Below, in pieces: positions 10,111 to 19,752 of a stretch of 64,000 nucleotides of DNA; position 1 is the stretch's first letter; each line of letters opens with the position of its first letter. A program made the position numbers and the translations under genes. The stretch spans positions 3,104,001 through 3,168,000 of the forward strand of contig OY760175.1 of NCBI GenBank assembly GCA_963663165.1, written 5' to 3'. The notes beneath the pieces are model-generated. The model was not told the origin of the DNA, made no database searches, and saw only the letters and a list, made by a program, of their open reading frames with translations. Source of the DNA: an uncultured Desulfospira sp. Its GTDB lineage: Bacteria > Desulfobacterota > Desulfobacteria > Desulfobacterales > Desulfobacteraceae.

Positions 10111-11182
10111 TCATTTCCTCCGAATCCATCTTATCGATCTCATTCAACAACTCTTCCACGAGCCGGTCCTGGTCTACCTTTTTAATTACTTTTCCCTTCT
10201 TAAACAGGATGCCCTTGCCGATGCCGCCCGCAATGCCGATATCCGCTTCTTTGGCCTCTCCAGGTCCGTTCACCACACACCCCATGATAGCGACTTTAAT
10301 CTTATGGGAGCGTTCAAGTAAAGCTTTTTCTGCATCCTGGGCAATTTTAAATAAATCGATCCGGCACCGGCCGCAGGTGGGACAGGAAATCAGCTCAGGC
10401 CCCCGGCTGCGAAGCCCTAACGCCCGCAATATTTCGTACCCGGTCCTGATTTCCTCCACCGGGTCCCGGGTTAAGGAAACCCTTATGGTATCGCCGATGC
10501 CTTTGGCCAGAATCATGCCGATCCCCAGGGCTGACTTGGTGATGCCGGCAAACAGGCCACCGGCCTCGGTCACGCCCACATGAAAGGGGACATCGGTCTG
10601 GGGGGCCAGCATTTCATAGGCCTTTACCGTCCGCTCCACATCCGACGCCTTAAGGGAGACCTTGATGTCGTAAAATCCCAGGTCTTCAAGTTTCCGGATA
10701 TTGGAAAGGGCGCTTTGCACCATGCCTTCAGGTGTGGGGCCGTATTTTTTTTCGATTTCCTTTTCAAGAGAGCCGCCGTTTACCCCTACCCGGATGGGCA
10801 GCCCGTGGTGCTTGGCGCAGTCCACCACTTTTTTGATTTTGTTTTCATCCCCGATATTGCCCGGATTGATCCGCAAGCCGTCGGCCCCGGCCTCAGCCGA
10901 TGCAATGGCCAGCCGGTGATCAAAATGGATGTCGGCAATCAAGGGGATATCAATCCGGTCCCGGATCCGCCGGATGGCTCTGGCATCCTCCATTTCCGGC
11001 ACCGCCACCCGGATAATATCGCACCCGGCCCGGACAAGGCCCTGAATCTGGGCCACTGTGGCGTCCACATCCCGGGTATAGGTGTTGGTCATGGACTGGA
11101 CCGAAATCACGGCATCGGATCCCACGGCCACGTTCCCCACCTTGATCTGCCGGGTTTTTCTTCTTTTTTCTACCAGTGACAT
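10103..11182 (-). CDS. ispG: 4-hydroxy-3-methylbut-2-en-1-yl diphosphate synthase
   Basis: VQSMTNT, ADIHFD, RINPGNIG, SCPTCGR, MGCVVNGPGE. Confidence 0.97.
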   Translation of the reverse strand: MSLVEKRRKTRQIKVGNVAVGSDAVISVQSMTNTYTRDVDATVAQIQGLVRAGCDIIRVAVPEMEDARAIRRIRDRIDIPLIADIHFDHRLAIASAEAGADGLRINPGNIGDENKIKKVVDCAKHHGLPIRVGVNGGSLEKEIEKKYGPTPEGMVQSALSNIRKLEDLGFYDIKVSLKASDVERTVKAYEMLAPQTDVPFHVGVTEAGGLFAGITKSALGIGMILAKGIGDTIRVSLTRDPVEEIRTGYEILRALGLRSRGPELISCPTCGRCRIDLFKIAQDAEKALLERSHKIKVAIMGCVVNGPGEAKEADIGIAGGIGKGILFKKGKVIKKVDQDRLVEELLNEIDKMDSEEMNG

Positions 11183-11202
11183 TGAGTAGACCTCGTGTTT
11201 AT

Positions 11203-11350
11203 AAGCTGTTAGCCTTTAGCTATTAGCTGTTAGGCCTTTAGAAAATGGTTGTAAGTCCTTATGGCTAAAAGCTAATGGCTTATAGCTAAAAACTTCTTTT
11301 TAGCTGTTAGCCCGCTGCCATCAGCTAAAAGCTAACTGCTAATGGCTAAC
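11203..11350. repeat. Heptamer tandem repeats (AGCTGTT-like) in inverted blocks
   Basis: agctgttagcctttagctattagctgttagg ... ggctaaaagctaatggc; same family at 4664-4690 and 14223-14305. Confidence 0.75.
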
Positions 11351-12153
11351 GGCTTACTTATGTGGTTAAAAACCGATGCCAGGGTTTCCAAGGACCGGTT
11401 CAGGTTGTCAAGGTTAAAGACCTCAAGGCAGACGGTTCCGTTAAACCGGGACAGCAGCTGCGTCACTTGTGAAAAGTTCCGGCCAGGGAGCCGGTCCAGG
11501 CCGATGTGGTCTTGGGGGGGGACTTTGGTAACATCCACCCCGTGAAGATGGATCAAAGGAATCCGATCCCGGTATGTGCCCACAAAAGGGTTCAGGTCAA
11601 ATCCGTATTTGAAAAAATGGCCCATATCCAGGGTAATCCCGAGTTCAGGGTAAGCCGATAAAACCGGTGCCAGCAGCATGGGATCATAATTTAATGTTTC
11701 AAGGGCCAGTCCTTTGAGGTTCTTTTGCTGCTGTGCCAGAAGGGCCATGCCGTCTAAAGCCCTTTGGGTCCAGGGGGCGGTGTCTTCGTTGGCCTGTTTT
11801 TCCAGGTGAAGGGTGTATGCCGTGGGGTTCAGGATGGCAAACCGGTCCATGACCCGGGATAACAGGTCTGCGGCTTTTTGCTGCTCTGATTTGTTTTCAT
11901 GGGTCAGGCGGATATCCACAGGCAGGTGGATATTATAGGTTAAATTCAGTTTCTTTCCAAGCTCCGCCATCCGGGATACATCTTCTGCTGAAGGGACCCA
12001 TTCCCACGGCTGGCACTCAAATACCAGCAGCTCAATCTCGTCAAAAACCGGGCCGGTCAGTTCAAGATTGGGGAGAATATGATCCGGAACAATAAACGAA
12101 GTGGTTCCCAGCCGGAAGGGTCGGTCCACCTTCATGGTGTTGGTTAAAGCCAT
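11332..12153 (-). CDS. cbiR: Cobamide remodelling phosphodiesterase CbiR (AP endonuclease 2/TIM barrel)
   Basis: FRLGTTSFI.P, DEIELL.FE, HLPVD, LDMGH, HLHG and LEVF metal-binding motifs; directly downstream of cbiB. Confidence 0.75.
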   Translation of the reverse strand: MALTNTMKVDRPFRLGTTSFIVPDHILPNLELTGPVFDEIELLVFECQPWEWVPSAEDVSRMAELGKKLNLTYNIHLPVDIRLTHENKSEQQKAADLLSRVMDRFAILNPTAYTLHLEKQANEDTAPWTQRALDGMALLAQQQKNLKGLALETLNYDPMLLAPVLSAYPELGITLDMGHFFKYGFDLNPFVGTYRDRIPLIHLHGVDVTKVPPQDHIGLDRLPGRNFSQVTQLLSRFNGTVCLEVFNLDNLNRSLETLASVFNHISKPLAISS

Positions 12154-13131
12154 TTATGACATAGTTCCCGTTAACAGTATCACGGCCCCGGCCATCACCA
12201 CCGCCACCAGGGCCGACATGACCATCAGCTCACACCCCTGGCCGATCTTTGATTCATCCGGGTCCGGGAACCTTGCGCCGATAAACGGCTTTTCCACCAG
12301 ACGGCCGTGGTAGGTATTGGGGCCGCCCATTCTCATGCCCAGTGCCCCGGCAAAGGCGGCTTCGGGAAATCCGGCATTGGGGCTCTTATGATTCCCCGAT
12401 TCAGCCCACGCGGTTTTAAAGGCATCCGCCCCCCTTTTCGGGGACAGCAGGAGGGCCGCTAAAGCGATCACCCCCATGGACAGCCTTGCCGGAATAAAAT
12501 TGGCCGCATCGTCGATTCTGGCCGAAGCCCGGCCAAACAGGATATAGCGATCATTTTGATACCCCACCATGGAATCCAGGGTATTGACCATCTTATAGGC
12601 CAGGGCCCCGGGCACCCCCAGCAGCACATAAAAAAACAAGGGGGATAAAAACCCGTCCACAAAATTTTCGGCCACGGTTTCACAGGCGGCCCGGGTCACA
12701 CCGGGGATGTCCAGATTTTGGGTTTCCCGGCCTACGATCATGGCCACCTTTTGCCGGGCCGTTTGAAGATCTTTGGCCATCAGGGGCCGGGCCACTTCCA
12801 TGGCCGCCTGAACCAGGCTTTTCACTGAAAAACAATAAAACAGCAAAATCGCCTGAACCCCGAAAGACAGGGCCCAATGAAGCTTAAAGCACAGATTGAC
12901 CAGAATCTGTGAAACCGCCCAGGTAGAGGCAATCAAAACAACAGCAAAGACCAGCCCGGCCTGAAAGGGGTTGCCAATGGCGGTCCTGAAGGGTTTTTCA
13001 AAAAAGGAAATGGCCTTTCCCATCCAAACCACGGGATGGGGCAGCCACCGGGGATCTCCCAGCAGCAGATCCAGGGCAACAGCTGAAAAAAGAACCCCCG
13101 GAGGGATCAGTCCGCCTTGCAGATCAACCAT
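12154..13131 (-). CDS. cbiB: Adenosylcobinamide-phosphate synthase
   Basis: GDP..LPHPV, IVGRET, ETVAEN, YKMVNTLDSMVGY, SPNAGFPEAA. Confidence 0.95.
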   Translation of the reverse strand: MVDLQGGLIPPGVLFSAVALDLLLGDPRWLPHPVVWMGKAISFFEKPFRTAIGNPFQAGLVFAVVLIASTWAVSQILVNLCFKLHWALSFGVQAILLFYCFSVKSLVQAAMEVARPLMAKDLQTARQKVAMIVGRETQNLDIPGVTRAACETVAENFVDGFLSPLFFYVLLGVPGALAYKMVNTLDSMVGYQNDRYILFGRASARIDDAANFIPARLSMGVIALAALLLSPKRGADAFKTAWAESGNHKSPNAGFPEAAFAGALGMRMGGPNTYHGRLVEKPFIGARFPDPDESKIGQGCELMVMSALVAVVMAGAVILLTGTMS

Positions 13132-14206
13132 GGTTCAGCACCCCTTTGATGGTCCGGGCAAGCGTTAGATTCTCCTTGCGGGTTTTTAAAGAAAACCTCA
13201 CAAAATTGGGCCCAAGGCCTTTAAAATTGGAGCAGTCCCGGATGAGTATTTTGTCCTGGCCCACATCTTTACAAAAGTCCTTTGCCGTAATCCCGTCAAG
13301 CCCGGCCAGGATAAAATAGGTAACGCCGGGAACCATATGAAGACCATGGCATTCTTTTAATTCATCCTTGAACACCCGGGTTTCCTCAAGAACAAAGACC
13401 CGGGTGGCATCATAAAAAGAGCGGATAAACCCGGGGTCCTGATACACCTTTGAAATAACCGCCTGGGCCAGGGAATTAACACTCCAGGGCTGGTAATGGT
13501 GAAACACCTTTTCCATCAGACTTTCAGCACCGCTTAAAAAACCGCTTCTCAGCCCCGGGATCCTGAAAATTTTGGACATGGAAGAGAGCACCAGCAGGTT
13601 GGGAAAGCCGGTCTCAGATACCAGAGAAATCTCTTCGGCCCCCGGGACAAAGGGAAGATAGGACTCATCCACCAGAAAACAGACTTCAGAGTGTTTTTTA
13701 ACCAGATATTCAATTTGATCCCTTGATACCAGGGCCCCGGTGGGGTTGTTGGGGTTGCAGATCACCACCAGGTCTGCCCCATGGGCCAGGCTTGAAATTT
13801 CATCCACATCCGGGGAAAAGCCCTTTTCTTCTATCGCCGTGACCTGCCGGGATTCAACCTGATGCATATCACAGGCATCGTTATAATCCGAGTAGGTGGG
13901 GCCTGAGATCAATACTTTTTTGCAGTTTAAGGCTTTGGGAAGGGCATAGATAAACCAGGTGGTTCCGTTTCCGGCCAGGACCTGCCCAACATCAAGCCCG
14001 TAGAAATCGGCAAATCCCTTTCTCATGGTCAAGGCATCGGCTTCCGGCAGCGCATGAAGGCTGGAAAGGTTTTCCTGAATCAAGTTTAAGATTTCAGGGG
14101 GAGGCCCCAAAGGGTTAAGGTTGGAACTCATATCAATGATTTCTTCAACCGGGCACCCTATACGGTCTGCCAATTCCTGTTTATTTCCCCCGTGGCCTAT
14201 GATCAT
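13124..14206 (-). CDS. cobD: Threonine-phosphate decarboxylase (PLP class I/II)
   Basis: HGGN, DMSSNLNPLG, CNPNNPTG, SMSKIFRIPGLRSG; cob context. Confidence 0.88.
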   Translation of the reverse strand: MIIGHGGNKQELADRIGCPVEEIIDMSSNLNPLGPPPEILNLIQENLSSLHALPEADALTMRKGFADFYGLDVGQVLAGNGTTWFIYALPKALNCKKVLISGPTYSDYNDACDMHQVESRQVTAIEEKGFSPDVDEISSLAHGADLVVICNPNNPTGALVSRDQIEYLVKKHSEVCFLVDESYLPFVPGAEEISLVSETGFPNLLVLSSMSKIFRIPGLRSGFLSGAESLMEKVFHHYQPWSVNSLAQAVISKVYQDPGFIRSFYDATRVFVLEETRVFKDELKECHGLHMVPGVTYFILAGLDGITAKDFCKDVGQDKILIRDCSNFKGLGPNFVRFSLKTRKENLTLARTIKGVLNHG

Positions 14207-14222
14207 TTTCTATTCCTTGCGT

Positions 14223-14305
14223 GAGCTATTAGCTGTTAGCCGTTAGCTTTTAGCTGGTAGCCGTTAGCTGTTAGCTTTTAGCCTTTAGCTGTTAGCTTTT
14301 GGCCT
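14223..14305. repeat. Heptamer tandem repeat (about 11 units, TTAGCTG-like)
   Basis: agctattagctgttagccgttagcttttagctggtagccgttagctgttagcttttagcctttagctgttagc. Confidence 0.85.
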
Positions 14306-14307
14306 AT

Positions 14308-15063
14308 TTAAAACTGTGTTCCGGCTGCCAGAAACAGCACCGCTTCCATTATCTCATTCATGGCCCCGAGCATATCCCCGGTAATGCAGCCCATCTTTTT
14401 TTGGTAAAACTTCAAGATCACCACCAGGGCCGCCAAAAAAGCCAGGTTTAAAACCAGGCACTTATAGCCTAAAAAAAGGGAAAAAAACAAGGGAATCAGG
14501 CCGTATATGAAATCTTTAACCCCAATGGGCCGTGAAAACAGGTCCAGACCGGTTCCGGTTCCCTTTCGGCCATAATCCAGAAACCGGATCCCAAAAATCA
14601 TGGATGCCCGGGCATAGGCCGGAACGATGAACAACAGGATCATGGTCTGCCCCGGGGAAAGAACCGCTTTTGCCGAATAGATCCCGGCCACCTTCATGGC
14701 CAGAACACTGACCACCACCACCAGCCCCATCATGCCCACCCGGCTGTCCTTCATGATTTCAAGGACCCGCTCCTTTGGCCGGTGGCTGAACATGCCGTCC
14801 GCCGTATCCCCCAAGCCGTCCAGGTGAAAGGCCCCGGTCACGGCCATCAGGAAAACCACGTCCAGCAGGCTTGCCGTAACCGGGTTCCACAGCCCGGATA
14901 CCAGCCCGTCAGTACAGACCAGCGCGGCCCCGATGATCAGCCCCACCACCGGAAAGAACCGGATCATCTCCATGGGGGCCCAGGGCGCATTTTTCCCGGC
15001 CGGAATAATAGTAATAAACATGAGGGCGGATCTTAGTCCGTTTAATGCGTTTGAGAGTGTCAT
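14308..15063 (-). CDS. cobS: Adenosylcobinamide-GDP ribazoletransferase (cobalamin synthase)
   Basis: TGAFHLDGLGDTADG, IMKDSRVG, GCITGDMLGA. Confidence 0.95.
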   Translation of the reverse strand: MTLSNALNGLRSALMFITIIPAGKNAPWAPMEMIRFFPVVGLIIGAALVCTDGLVSGLWNPVTASLLDVVFLMAVTGAFHLDGLGDTADGMFSHRPKERVLEIMKDSRVGMMGLVVVVSVLAMKVAGIYSAKAVLSPGQTMILLFIVPAYARASMIFGIRFLDYGRKGTGTGLDLFSRPIGVKDFIYGLIPLFFSLFLGYKCLVLNLAFLAALVVILKFYQKKMGCITGDMLGAMNEIMEAVLFLAAGTQF

Positions 15064-16004
15064 GGTTTTATGGTCTGGTAAAACATACCCCTCTCCTGAA
15101 TAACGGATTCAACCTTACCCGCCAGGATCAGCTGTTTCATCAAGATTTCAAGTTTTCCTTTATCAAGGTTTAATGCCGCGGCCAGATCATCCACGGTGCA
15201 GGGGCGCCGGTGAATGGTCTCCAGGACCATGGCCGCCATTTGATCATCACTGATGCTCTCCTTGGACGTCAGGTCCTTTACCCGGGCAATGATCTCCACA
15301 TGGTCCGCATCAATGATCCCGGCCACCCGGTCCAGGTCCTGCTTTGAAGCGGCTTTGAGCCCAACCACCGCCCCGGGCCGGTCCAGGGTGTTGAGCTGAA
15401 CCCGGTCAGGGTTAATGTCCCGGATGATCTTGCCCAGTGTTTCCAGCTCTTCTTTGGTATCATTGATCCCGGGAAGGATAAACACCTCCAGCCAGATTTT
15501 CCCTTTAAACGATCCGGCAAAGGCCTTGAGCCCGTCAATAATCTTTTGAATATCCAGCGGATCTGACGGCCGGTTGATCTTTTCAAAGGTCGCGGGGGTG
15601 ACCGCATCCAGGGAGGGCATCACCAGATCCGCCCTTTCCAGATCCTTTCTGACTTCGGGATCGGACATCAGGGTGGCATTGGTCAGCACCGCCACCCGGA
15701 TATCGGGCCGTTTTTCTTTGATAAATTCAATAATCCGGCCGATATCCGGGCTTAACGTGGGCTCTCCCGATCCTGAAAAGGTCACATAGTCCGGATCGGA
15801 ATGATTTTCAAAGTAATGGTCCAGCTCGGCTTTAACCTCTTCGAAAGGGACATAGGCCTTGCGCTCAAGGGTCAGATCCGTGGTCGGGCCGCACTCACAG
15901 TAAACACAGTCCAGGGTGCAGACCTTGTGATAGACCAGATCCACGCCTAAAGAGAGCCCAAGCCGCCGTGAAGGGACCGGGCCGAATATATGGTTGTATG
16001 TCAT
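15060..16004 (-). CDS. Radical SAM protein (Tyw1-like Fe-S oxidoreductase family)
   Basis: FGPVPSRRLG.SLGVDL, CxxxCxxC (CTLDCVYC), SGSGEPTL; ATGA overlap with cobS. Confidence 0.9.
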   Translation of the reverse strand: MTYNHIFGPVPSRRLGLSLGVDLVYHKVCTLDCVYCECGPTTDLTLERKAYVPFEEVKAELDHYFENHSDPDYVTFSGSGEPTLSPDIGRIIEFIKEKRPDIRVAVLTNATLMSDPEVRKDLERADLVMPSLDAVTPATFEKINRPSDPLDIQKIIDGLKAFAGSFKGKIWLEVFILPGINDTKEELETLGKIIRDINPDRVQLNTLDRPGAVVGLKAASKQDLDRVAGIIDADHVEIIARVKDLTSKESISDDQMAAMVLETIHRRPCTVDDLAAALNLDKGKLEILMKQLILAGKVESVIQERGMFYQTIKP

Positions 16005-16166
16005 AGGGGGTCCTTTATTGGTTCGTTCTTATCTGCGGCTTTTTTAATATCACAGCGGGCCAAAGAAAACCATGGGATGTTGGCCTGATCCCGCCATCCC
16101 CCTGCCCACGGGGGAAGGATAAAACCGCTTCTCAGGGCATGATGGCCGAACAGCCCGTCATGGATA

Positions 16167-17354
16167 TTATAAGGTCTCGATGATATCCACAAACAGATCT
16201 TTTGCGTCGTTGAACAGGGTGTTGATCTCTTCAATGCGGCGGCTGTCACCAATCCTCTGGTTCAATCCCCTTAACTGATGCAGGATGCGGTTTCGGGATT
16301 CGTCATCGGTTTCAAAGGTATCAAACAATGTGATCAGCTTCTGGATCATTTTGCCGGTCTCTTTAAGGCTGCTTTGGCGCAGGCTTTCCATTTTTTTTAG
16401 TTCAATCTGCTGATGGAAATCCTGAAGTTCGGGCAGCAGCCGCCGGGCTTTTTCAATCTGGTCAAAGGGCGTGGGGCTGGTTAATATGTTATGGAGCTTA
16501 AGATAGACGGAATAGATCTTCTCGTTGTCCCGGATGGCTTCCAGATTCGATTTAAAATCCGCCATCTGCCCGGTAAAAGTGCTCCAGAACGGGAGCTTTC
16601 GGGTGTAAAAATCGGTGAGGACCTGCACGTTTTCGGAAAGGTCCGGTATTCTGGACTTGTATTTAAGAAAGGCCAGGATAATTGAATGGGAATCCTTATT
16701 CTCAAGGAGCCTGCCGGTCAGAACCAGGCTGTTTCTGATCTGGGTGCCGCCTGGAAATCCGGATTGCCCGGCCTGGATTTGATATGATGACAGGCGGCTG
16801 TGCCATGATTCCAAGCGGTTGACTAGATAACGGGAAAAAGCATATTGATCCGGGTTTTCAGGCAGATCGTCAAAAAAACCGGCGGCCAGCGTTTTGGCCT
16901 GGGCAAAGGCCTTCTCATCCACCCGCTGGTTGGTCACCACCGCCAGGGAACACCCTGGATCTTTGACCAGGGCCTGTTTGGCCTGGCGCGGCGGGATGGT
17001 CCGGTCCGAAAAGAAAAAATGGATTTTCAGCTCTTCGGCCAGCCAGAAAACCGTCTGAAGGATATCCTGGGGATCAATGGATGAAAGCGGGCTTTCAGGA
17101 TCGGTCAGGCAGCCCAATATCACCGGACCGCCGGCCCGGTATTCTCTTTCAATAAATGAAAACACCATATCCAGATGGTCGGATGCCCTGTCATCAAACC
17201 CGAAGGTCATCTGCCGGGGACCCAATTCTATGCGTTTAACAAGCCCGATGGAAATCACAAGACCTTCTTTAACATATCCAGCAAACTTTATGGGGTCATA
17301 AACCGCCGTCAACCCATATCCCGCCAATGCCCAATCCCTAACGCAAAAACGCAT
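16167..17354 (-). CDS. Hypothetical protein resembling the C-terminal (wHTH + helical) part of BREX ATPase BrxC; likely start GTG 17258
   Basis: Helical pattern LxxWxxxLxxY....GFPG..I...L; FY....W; L..IL.SP.PF..I recalled from BrxC C-termini; no Walker motif. Confidence 0.55.
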   Translation of the reverse strand: MRFCVRDWALAGYGLTAVYDPIKFAGYVKEGLVISIGLVKRIELGPRQMTFGFDDRASDHLDMVFSFIEREYRAGGPVILGCLTDPESPLSSIDPQDILQTVFWLAEELKIHFFFSDRTIPPRQAKQALVKDPGCSLAVVTNQRVDEKAFAQAKTLAAGFFDDLPENPDQYAFSRYLVNRLESWHSRLSSYQIQAGQSGFPGGTQIRNSLVLTGRLLENKDSHSIILAFLKYKSRIPDLSENVQVLTDFYTRKLPFWSTFTGQMADFKSNLEAIRDNEKIYSVYLKLHNILTSPTPFDQIEKARRLLPELQDFHQQIELKKMESLRQSSLKETGKMIQKLITLFDTFETDDESRNRILHQLRGLNQRIGDSRRIEEINTLFNDAKDLFVDIIETL

Positions 17355-17510
17355 CGCGTCTGCCTAAGAGACCGGTATCGGGATAGCATTATTTCAGGCG
17401 TAAGATCAAGGGTTGAAAAAACAAAACCGTTTCCATCCGTTAAAACGGCTTTATATTTTTGTTTTTGTAACTATTCAGCTAATGCTGAAAACTAAGCAAA
17501 ACCAGGGTCC

Positions 17511-17618
17511 GTAACTGTTCATCAGTGCTTCATATTTGTTTAGTCAGGACTTCGTAGCATACTTTTGCTATGTGAGAAGGCCTGAATGAGCGAAGATGGG
17601 GCACTGCTGAACAGTTAC
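17511..17618. repeat. 108-bp palindromic MITE-like element
   Basis: Perfect 11-bp TIR GTAACTGTTCA...TGAACAGTTAC with further internal pairing. Confidence 0.65.
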
Positions 17619-17845
17619 TTGTTTTTTTGAATATGTTGCGCTGATCTCGAATCAATTCTGTGTCCTGTAGTCCCCCCCATCTTTATGCAACTTTATGCAA
17701 AAATTTTTCCAGGTGCAAGGACTCGGATTTATATCCACCCCATTTATGATGGACGATTAACGCAAAACCATGTAAGACCAACAGAAGTGATGGCCATAGG
17801 TGTCTCACTATTTATTGTCCTCTGTCAGATTAAAGGAGACCGACT

Positions 17846-18184
17846 TTGAGTAAACATATGCAAATAACCGTAACTATCCGGCCTTTTTATTCCAAAGACT
17901 TTGAGGCGGCTTTCCCGAAATTTGCCCGGGCTCTGGGAGCCTCGGCTTCAGGGTTGGTTAACCGTGAGCCCTCTCTTTATGATTTTGCAGGACAGATCGA
18001 TAAACTCCTCTACCGGACAGATGGGACACCACTCAGGCAGGTTCTGATCCGGTATAAAGATGAGTTGAAAAAACTCCACACGGCCACCCAGGAAGAAATC
18101 GCCAACCGGAATCTTTCTGAGGCCGACAAACTGCTGTACCGCATTGAGGACATCTTCGAAGAAATAGAATCTGAGTTGGAATAA
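17846..18184 (+). CDS. Hypothetical protein (112 aa)
   Basis: RBS AAGGAG before the TTG start; protein-like helical composition. Confidence 0.75.
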   Translation: MSKHMQITVTIRPFYSKDFEAAFPKFARALGASASGLVNREPSLYDFAGQIDKLLYRTDGTPLRQVLIRYKDELKKLHTATQEEIANRNLSEADKLLYRIEDIFEEIESELE

Positions 18185-18263
18185 TTCTAAATAGTTAGAT
18201 TCCTCTATTATGCCCGCGTTAAAAGACAGGGGCAGCGGTTAACCAACCCGGATATTTCACGGG

Positions 18264-19550
18264 CTAAAGGCCATAGGTCTTGCCCTGTTCCGCCAACGGC
18301 AGCGGGGCGTTGGCAAGAAAAGGGGTATGATACCCCAGGACCTGTCCTGGAACAGACTGAGCAAGATGTTCAAGGGCTTTCCAATGGGTGTGGACACTGT
18401 TTGGATTGTCAAAGTCCACTTCATGGAATGTAAGGTCGCAGTCTGCAAACCACTGAGGTAAAAGTGCCTCTCTTCCGACAATCTCGTTGATCCGCGTATC
18501 GAATTTGGTATCTCCGGAATACCCGAATGTTTTCCCTTTTGCCTTGAATTTCAGGCCCAGTGTTCCGTAGGGTAAAAAATGATGATTCCATCGGCACTCA
18601 ATATCAAGGCCGTCAAGGTCAAGCCCTTTTTCAGGAAGAATTGAAATCAAGTTGACCAGACTTGAAAAATCCGGACACAAAAGAGAAAACTGCTTCTTTA
18701 ACAGATTATATACGCTGGGCGAAGTGATGAGATTGATGGGCTGTTCTTTTTTCTGAGCCCGTTTCAGACATGCAGAAAACCCCTGGATATGATCTTCATG
18801 ATTGTGTGTAATAAGGATATGGGTGATGTCGTCCCAGTGAATCCGGTTCCGGGCAAGGGTGTGGGCCGGATATCCGCACGGATCTATCCAGATCACTTTG
18901 TCACCGAACCGGACAACGCTGCTGGCAACGGTTCCGACAAATCCGTTTCCGGTTCCAATGGGTGTAATTTCAAAATTCGGCCGATACCTGGAATCCCTGG
19001 GGACTTTCCCAAGTTCTTCTTCAACGATTGCATCTGAATCATAAGAGGGCTTAAGATCACTTTGATTATAAAGGGTTTGGCCTTTTTCCGTTAAAACAAT
19101 ATTTTGATCTTCAATCAGAATCTTCAGGGCACCGTTCTCGTATGCAGAGGAAACCGGGTGCCGGCCAAACCATTTTTTCAGCCACCTTTTTTTAATAATA
19201 TGGATGCGGGCATCGTCAAAAAAATAGGAAAACGTTTCATCCAGGTGGCGGTAAAGAAGGTCTACATTCTCTGGAAAGCCGACATAGGCCCGCTTGATGC
19301 TGCCCTTTACCTGTGCCTGCCACAACACAAATTCCTCACCCGTATAATTATCCCCTGCCATAGACCCTGCCCACGACGGAATGAGGACGATTTCTTCTCT
19401 GAAACCGTAAAAATTCAACAGCTTGGAGATATCCGGCATACTTCCTATCCTGACGATTCCCTTTGATGTTTTTACCATATCAATATGCATGCCGTACTGT
19501 TCAATTCGTTGCGTGCTGCCGTTGACCCGAATCAAAGAGCTTGTGCCCAT
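18264..19550 (-). CDS. MBL-fold metallo-hydrolase
   Basis: IGTGNGF, DPCG, THNHEDH (HxHxDH), YSGDT, HTHW; start at ATG 19550 after AAGGAG. Confidence 0.85.
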   Translation of the reverse strand: MGTSSLIRVNGSTQRIEQYGMHIDMVKTSKGIVRIGSMPDISKLLNFYGFREEIVLIPSWAGSMAGDNYTGEEFVLWQAQVKGSIKRAYVGFPENVDLLYRHLDETFSYFFDDARIHIIKKRWLKKWFGRHPVSSAYENGALKILIEDQNIVLTEKGQTLYNQSDLKPSYDSDAIVEEELGKVPRDSRYRPNFEITPIGTGNGFVGTVASSVVRFGDKVIWIDPCGYPAHTLARNRIHWDDITHILITHNHEDHIQGFSACLKRAQKKEQPINLITSPSVYNLLKKQFSLLCPDFSSLVNLISILPEKGLDLDGLDIECRWNHHFLPYGTLGLKFKAKGKTFGYSGDTKFDTRINEIVGREALLPQWFADCDLTFHEVDFDNPNSVHTHWKALEHLAQSVPGQVLGYHTPFLANAPLPLAEQGKTYGL

Positions 19551-19570
19551 GCCGCTATCTCCTTTGCTGA

Positions 19571-19588
19571 TTTGTAATCGTTTACAAA
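19571..19588. promoter_or_regulatory. LacI-family operator 1
   Basis: Palindrome TTTGTAATCGTTTACAAA with central CG, just upstream of the MBL gene RBS. Confidence 0.7.
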
Positions 19589-19695
19589 TTTTATTTATAT
19601 ACATTAGGATTTATAGATGCAACATTTAATTTACAAGAGAAGTTAATTTTAAATTCTATTTAATATTAGCATCTTATTATTAAAAGCAAAACTGC

Positions 19696-19743
19696 TTGAC
19701 ATTCCACACCCAAAAAGAATATAAAAAAATGTAAACGCTTACA
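19696..19743 (+). promoter_or_regulatory. sigma70 promoter and LacI-family operator 2
   Basis: TTGACA...TATAAA, then TGTAAACGCTTACA (19730-19743) overlapping the RBS of the LacI gene. Confidence 0.7.
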
Positions 19744-19752
19744 GGAGACGCC

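Noticed and set aside
16004..16166. Cobalamin riboswitch upstream of the rSAM-cobS operon (also sought at 810-1200 and 56111-56600)
   Set aside because: No B12-box or GGGAA/ACTG core consensus found by eye; an Rfam scan would be decisive.
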